A stretch of 64,000 nucleotides of DNA from Nitrospinaceae bacterium (GTDB taxonomy: Bacteria; Nitrospinota; Nitrospinia; Nitrospinales; Nitrospinaceae). Position numbers and translations under genes: made by a program. The stretch lies in contig OZ245011.1 of assembly GCA_965223665.1 (NCBI GenBank), positions 3,328,001-3,392,000 of the forward strand, read 5' to 3'. A model generated the notes under the pieces. It was not told where the DNA came from. It did not search any database and saw only the letters and a list, made by a program, of their open reading frames with translations. Below are positions 59,478 to 64,000 of the stretch, one piece after another; positions within the stretch are counted from its first letter, which is position 1; each line of letters opens with the position of its first letter.

Positions 59478-60287
59478 TCAAGCCACGGCGTTTAATAAGC
59501 TTCCGATTTCTTTTCCGGTGTTAGGCTGAGAAAAGTTTTGAATAATTTTTTCCCTATTAGATGGTGGTCCCCCCCGAACTGAGTTGACCTCCGAAATATT
59601 TTCAGAATTATTATTTGATCTTTCTTCTGAAACTTTAGAAGGTTTCGAATTGAAGTCCAAGGCAGGAGAGCTTTCTTCTTTTTCTGAAGTCTTTTCAATT
59701 TTCTCTTGGGCAAGCTCCTGGCGAGCTTGGGCTTCCATTTTGGAAGCGGCTGCTGCAACGCTACGATCTTGGGCCGAAGGTTCTGCAGGGGCTGTTGCAG
59801 CTCGTCGAATGGTTTGAGCTTTACGAATAGTGGCTTCAGGATTGTCAGGGACAGGTGAAGTATCTATCTGAACCTCTCCTCCAACAGCATATCGTTTCCC
59901 ATCAGGTCCAGTGGTATAAGTATAAGAAGGACCTCCTCGAGCTAATCCTCCGGCGGCGGCTTGGTGCGCGCGCTCATGGGCTTTTACTTCCCTATCACGT
60001 GCTTTCAACTGCTCTACTATTTTTTGCTCTTCTTGGGTAAGCTCCTCTTCACAATCCTCACAATCTGAATTATTGTTTATAACTGTTGTTTTTTCATTTT
60101 CTTCGGTTGTTAAAGAAGAGGGAGATCTTTCAGAATTTTTACCACTTAACACGACCTTATCTTGAACAGCAGCGGCAATTGAATTGGCAGGGTTATCTTT
60201 TGTAAATTTAGGGGTGCTGGAGGAATTTCTCAGGTCCAATCCTGTATATGTTGAAGAAATTATTTTTTCGCTAACTCCAATTTCCAT
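59478..60287 (-). CDS. SprA-related family protein (putative CJM1_0395-like)
   Basis: LKARDREVKAHERAH, GPDGKRYAVGGEV.ID, APAEPSAQD. Confidence 0.88.
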   Translation of the reverse strand: MEIGVSEKIISSTYTGLDLRNSSSTPKFTKDNPANSIAAAVQDKVVLSGKNSERSPSSLTTEENEKTTVINNNSDCEDCEEELTQEEQKIVEQLKARDREVKAHERAHQAAAGGLARGGPSYTYTTGPDGKRYAVGGEVQIDTSPVPDNPEATIRKAQTIRRAATAPAEPSAQDRSVAAAASKMEAQARQELAQEKIEKTSEKEESSPALDFNSKPSKVSEERSNNNSENISEVNSVRGGPPSNREKIIQNFSQPNTGKEIGSLLNAVA

Positions 60288-60334
60288 TAGCTATCCAAAA
60301 ATTAAAGATTCAAATGAAATTTTCCCTTATCTTT

Positions 60335-60362
60335 TTTTCGGAAAGTTTTCTTAAAAACTTTA
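60335..60362 (-). promoter_or_regulatory. Possible sigma28 promoter for the SprA-related gene
   Basis: TAAA-N16-TCCGAAAA. Confidence 0.4.
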
Positions 60363-60410
60363 GAAAAAAATAAAATTTTGAGAAAATATATAATGGCGGA
60401 AATCAATGCT

Positions 60411-60427
60411 TTTACAAAAAACTAACA
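60411..60427 (+). promoter_or_regulatory. Pho-box-like direct repeat upstream of phoB
   Basis: TTTACA and CTAACA at 11-bp spacing. Confidence 0.45.
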
Positions 60428-60528
60428 GAAAATTTTTGGGTTCACATCAAATTCTTATGCAAATGCTACTAAATTCAAACAAAATTTCCATTCAATGGTA
60501 AGCTCATATAAGACAAACCGGAGGAAAT

Positions 60529-61224
60529 ATGTCTAGAGAACAAATTTTAGTAGTAGAAGATGAAGAGGATATCCTGGAACTGATACAGTATAATTTGGCA
60601 AGAGAAGGCTATAAGGTAGCCTGTGTGGAAACTGGAGAGCAGGGTCTCCAAACCGCTAAAAATGAGAATCCGCAATTAATCGTACTAGATCTTATGTTAC
60701 CAGGAATTGATGGACTTGAAGTTTGCCGGAACCTAAAAAGTAATTCTAAGACACGTCATATTCCCATAATTATGGTTACGGCGAAAGGAGAGGAATCTGA
60801 TGTAGTTGCTGGTTTAGAGTTGGGAGCCGATGATTATATTACCAAGCCTTTTAGCCCACGAGTGTTTATTAGCAGAATTAAAGCGGTTCTCCGTCGACAA
60901 AAAGACCCTAAAGCCCCCAATGATGAAGTTATTCAGATAGGAGATCTGCTAATTCATCCTGGAAGACATGAGGTAAGAGTTCAAAATAAGCCAGTGAATC
61001 TAACGTTTACAGAATTTAAAATTCTACATATTTTAGCAATGCGGCCTGGGTGGGTATTTACTCGAGGTCAGATTGTAGATGCCATCCGAGGAGAAGATCA
61101 CGCTGTGACAGATCGTTCGGTGGATTTTCAAATTGTGGGTTTACGAAAAAAACTAGAATCTTGTGCCCAATATATTGAGACGGTTCGTGGCGTAGGATAC
61201 CGGTTTCAAGAAGAAATATGTTAA
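60529..61224 (+). CDS. phoB: Phosphate regulon response regulator
   Basis: OmpR-family receiver and wHTH (LDLMLP, GADDYITKPFS, TVRGVGY); directly upstream of a PhoR-like kinase and pstS. Confidence 0.88.
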   Translation: MSREQILVVEDEEDILELIQYNLAREGYKVACVETGEQGLQTAKNENPQLIVLDLMLPGIDGLEVCRNLKSNSKTRHIPIIMVTAKGEESDVVAGLELGADDYITKPFSPRVFISRIKAVLRRQKDPKAPNDEVIQIGDLLIHPGRHEVRVQNKPVNLTFTEFKILHILAMRPGWVFTRGQIVDAIRGEDHAVTDRSVDFQIVGLRKKLESCAQYIETVRGVGYRFQEEIC

Positions 61225-63014
61225 GAAGAAACCTTTTTCAACAATTATACCCTTCCTATTTACTTCTAATTATTATCTCTTTGAGCGCTATTGGGTGGTA
61301 TACCGTCAGTTCCCTGAAGGATTTTTATTACCAACAAACCATTAAAAACCTGGAATCTCATGCCGAGTTTTTAAAACAAGAGATTCCCCCTCTGTTGGAA
61401 AGCTCACAAAAAGAACTTCAGAAAATTTGTGAAACCTTTGGTCATTCAAGAGAAATCCGAGTGACCTTAATTTCAATCGACGGAAAGGTATTGGGAGATT
61501 CTGAAGAGGATCCGCTGCGTATGGATAATCATTCGGATCGACCAGAATTTGTTAAGGCCTTGTCAGGGGAAATGGGATCTTCTATTCGTCCAAGCAAAAC
61601 ATTAAAAACGGATCTTTTGTATGTTGCAGTTCCAATAGATAATAATGGTCAGGTTGCGGGGGTAGTTCGGACATCTATTCCTCTTACAATTTTGGATGAA
61701 GCCTTAAAAGATTTGATATGGAAAATTATTTTGGCCGGAGTATTAATCGCACTTGTAGCTACTCCCATAAGTTTGTATATATCTCGCAAAATCAGTCAAC
61801 CTCTCTCCATAATGAGAAAAAATGCGGTTCGTTTTGCAGGGGGAGATTTTGGTTCGCGCATTCAAGTGCAGGGTACAGAGGATGTTATGAGCTTGGCAAA
61901 AACTCTTAACCAAATGGCGGCCCAGTTAAATGAACGGATTCAGATGATCACTTCTCAAAGGAATGAACAGGAAGCGATATTAACCAGTATGGTAGAAGGG
62001 GTTATTGCTGTAGACTCTGAGGAAAATGTAATTAGTATTAACCAAGCCGCAGCGCATCTTATAGGAACCCCTCCTGAACAAGCCCAGGGACGAAGTGTGC
62101 AAACCGTAATCAGGAATATTCAATTACAGGAATTTGTTCAGCGAATCTTAAAAAGTGAGCAAACTTTAGAAGAAGATATTGTATTCCATAATATTGAAGC
62201 TGAACGTAATTTGCAGGCCGTAGGTAACGTTTTACGGGATTCACAGAATCAAGCTGTAGGTGCCGTTATTGTTTTAAATGATGTAACACGGTTGCGTCGT
62301 TTAGAAACGGTCCGGCGGGATTTTGTTGCCAATGTTTCTCACGAATTAAAAACTCCCATTACTTCTATTAAGGGTTTTGTTGAAACTTTGTTAAATGGCG
62401 CAAAAGAAAACCCTGATGATACGGTTCGTTTTTTGAGAATAGTGGCTAAACAAGCAGACCGTTTGAATTCGATTATTGAGGATCTATTAAGTTTATCCAG
62501 AATAGAGCAAGATGCAGAAAAAGAAGGAATAAAAGTGGAAAATAGTCAGTTAAAACCTATTTTTGAATCCGCTATTTTAGATAGTAATGCAAAGGCAACT
62601 GATAAAAATATTCAAGTGAAATTAGAATGCGATCCCAATCTACGTCTGATGATTAATTCTGCACTTATGGAACAAGCTGTTTCTAATTTGGTTGATAATG
62701 CCATTAAATACAGTGATGATTCCAGTACGGTTGAAGGGGGTGCTCGAATTGAAAATAAAAGCATTATTATTTATGTAAAGGATCAGGGGCAAGGAATAGC
62801 TAAAGAGCATTTACCTCGCTTATTTGAGCGGTTTTATAGAGTCGATAAAGCCCGTAGCCGAAAATTGGGTGGCACTGGCTTGGGCCTTGCAATTGTCAAA
62901 CATATTGCCCAGGCACATGGTGGTGAAGTCAGCGTCGAGAGCAACTTAGGACAGGGCAGTACATTCAAAATCCTCCTTCCGGACCACAAACTCTCTGAAA
63001 TTTCGAAAGTTTAA
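61218..63014 (+). CDS. phoR: Phosphate regulon sensor histidine kinase
   Basis: Two TM segments, NHSDRPE sensor motif, HAMP, PAS, DFVANVSHELKTP, RFYRVDKARSRKLGGTGLGLAIVKH. Confidence 0.9.
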   Translation: MLRRNLFQQLYPSYLLLIIISLSAIGWYTVSSLKDFYYQQTIKNLESHAEFLKQEIPPLLESSQKELQKICETFGHSREIRVTLISIDGKVLGDSEEDPLRMDNHSDRPEFVKALSGEMGSSIRPSKTLKTDLLYVAVPIDNNGQVAGVVRTSIPLTILDEALKDLIWKIILAGVLIALVATPISLYISRKISQPLSIMRKNAVRFAGGDFGSRIQVQGTEDVMSLAKTLNQMAAQLNERIQMITSQRNEQEAILTSMVEGVIAVDSEENVISINQAAAHLIGTPPEQAQGRSVQTVIRNIQLQEFVQRILKSEQTLEEDIVFHNIEAERNLQAVGNVLRDSQNQAVGAVIVLNDVTRLRRLETVRRDFVANVSHELKTPITSIKGFVETLLNGAKENPDDTVRFLRIVAKQADRLNSIIEDLLSLSRIEQDAEKEGIKVENSQLKPIFESAILDSNAKATDKNIQVKLECDPNLRLMINSALMEQAVSNLVDNAIKYSDDSSTVEGGARIENKSIIIYVKDQGQGIAKEHLPRLFERFYRVDKARSRKLGGTGLGLAIVKHIAQAHGGEVSVESNLGQGSTFKILLPDHKLSEISKV

Positions 63015-63117
63015 AATTTGGTGGGTTTTTAATCAAACCAAATTCAAATCTTCTTCTCATTTCAAAATAATCTCCAATTCATATTATTTGGGTGTTAGGG
63101 CGTGGTGTGATTGAAAT

Positions 63118-63145
63118 TTAACCTTTCCCTAATGAAAATCTAATA
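63118..63145 (+). promoter_or_regulatory. Pho-box-like triple direct repeat upstream of pstS
   Basis: TTAACC (63118), CTAATG (63129), CTAATA (63140): exact 11-bp periodicity. Confidence 0.6.
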
Positions 63146-63189
63146 AATAATTATTAGGCTGAATGAAATAAAATTAGGAGAATTTGAAA

Positions 63190-64000
63190 ATGAAGAAACC
63201 AAACCTTTTTGTGACCCTATTGAGCATTTGTTTTATAGGCACATCCCTTGTAAATTCGGCATGGAGTGGAACGGTCCAAGTGGATCCTTCAATTGCCGGT
63301 TACAAAAAAGTACAGGGTATCAGTGGAAATCTTTCCAGCGTAGGTTCTGACACACTTAACAACCTCATGACATTTTGGACGGAAAAGTTTCGTGAATTTT
63401 ATCCAAATGTAAATATTCAGGTAGAAGGAAAAGGATCTTCAACGGCTCCACCAGCCTTAATTTCAGCGGTTTCCCAATTAGGACCCATGTCACGGCAAAT
63501 GAAATCCTCTGAAATGGATAAATTTGAAAAGAAGTTTGGTTATAAACCTACAAAAGTTCGTGTTGCTATAGATTCTTTGGCGGTTTTTGTTAATAAAGAT
63601 AATCCAATCAAGGGGCTTTCTTTAGAACAGGTCGATTCAATTTTTTCTAAAACTCTCAAACGTGGCGGAAAAGATGCGATGACATGGGGAGATGTAGGTT
63701 TAACTGGATCTTGGGCCTCTCAACCGATTAGTTTATATGGACGAAACTCTGCTTCAGGAACCTACGGGTTTTTTAAGAAAAAAGCTCTTAAAAAAGGGGA
63801 CTACAAAAGCACAGTTAAAGAACAACCTGGCTCTGCCTCAGTGGTTTTAAGTGTAAGTGTTGATCCTTATTCCATTGGTTATAGTGGCATAGGTTATAAA
63901 ACTGCAGGCGTTCGTGCTTTACCATTGAGTGAAAAATCAGGTGAACCTTTTGTTGAAGCAAAGGCAGAAAACGCCTTGTCAGGAGATTATCCTTTAGCTC
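63190..64000 (+). CDS. pstS: Phosphate ABC transporter substrate-binding protein, truncated at window end
   Basis: Manual translation: signal peptide, [52 protein letters not shown]. Confidence 0.95.
   Translation, partial: MKKPNLFVTLLSICFIGTSLVNSAWSGTVQVDPSIAGYKKVQGISGNLSSVGSDTLNNLMTFWTEKFREFYPNVNIQVEGKGSSTAPPALISAVSQLGPMSRQMKSSEMDKFEKKFGYKPTKVRVAIDSLAVFVNKDNPIKGLSLEQVDSIFSKTLKRGGKDAMTWGDVGLTGSWASQPISLYGRNSASGTYGFFKKKALKKGDYKSTVKEQPGSASVVLSVSVDPYSIGYSGIGYKTAGVRALPLSEKSGEPFVEAKAENALSGDYPLA

Overview
AT-rich bacterial chromosomal window with mostly housekeeping and accessory genes. The gene repertoire (multiheme cytochrome c, NHL/TPR/FGE-domain exported proteins, cytochrome P460 family, lexA-dinB cassette) is suggestive of a Nitrospinota-like or deltaproteobacterial-like organism; this is inference only. 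Recognisable content: a truncated multiheme cytochrome c missing from the ORF track (1-1830), glgX, an NHL-propeller protein, a B12-binding radical SAM enzyme, dapF-dapA-dapB followed by an MsrP-like molybdoenzyme and an FGE-domain lipoprotein, a CarH-like B12 photoreceptor coupled to an exported Tpx-like peroxiredoxin, lexA-dinB, pepA, a long minus-strand redox/Fe-S cluster led by a degenerate GAF-GGDEF gene and an mreB paralog and containing an FGE-CcdA fusion, tRNA-Val and tRNA-Asp, an ECF41 sigma module, TetR-YHS-cytochrome P460, aqpZ, and phoB-phoR-pstS (partial). The most unusual signals are non-coding. One is a free-standing, terminated, structured minus-strand unit at about 15.19-15.41 kb carrying a perfect 16-nt complement of the 16S rRNA 3' end and a 14-codon ORF, next to a small basic zinc-finger gene with its own structured leader. 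Another is a promoter-to-terminator structured RNA at about 7.30-7.52 kb. No CRISPR array, transposase or integrase was seen.
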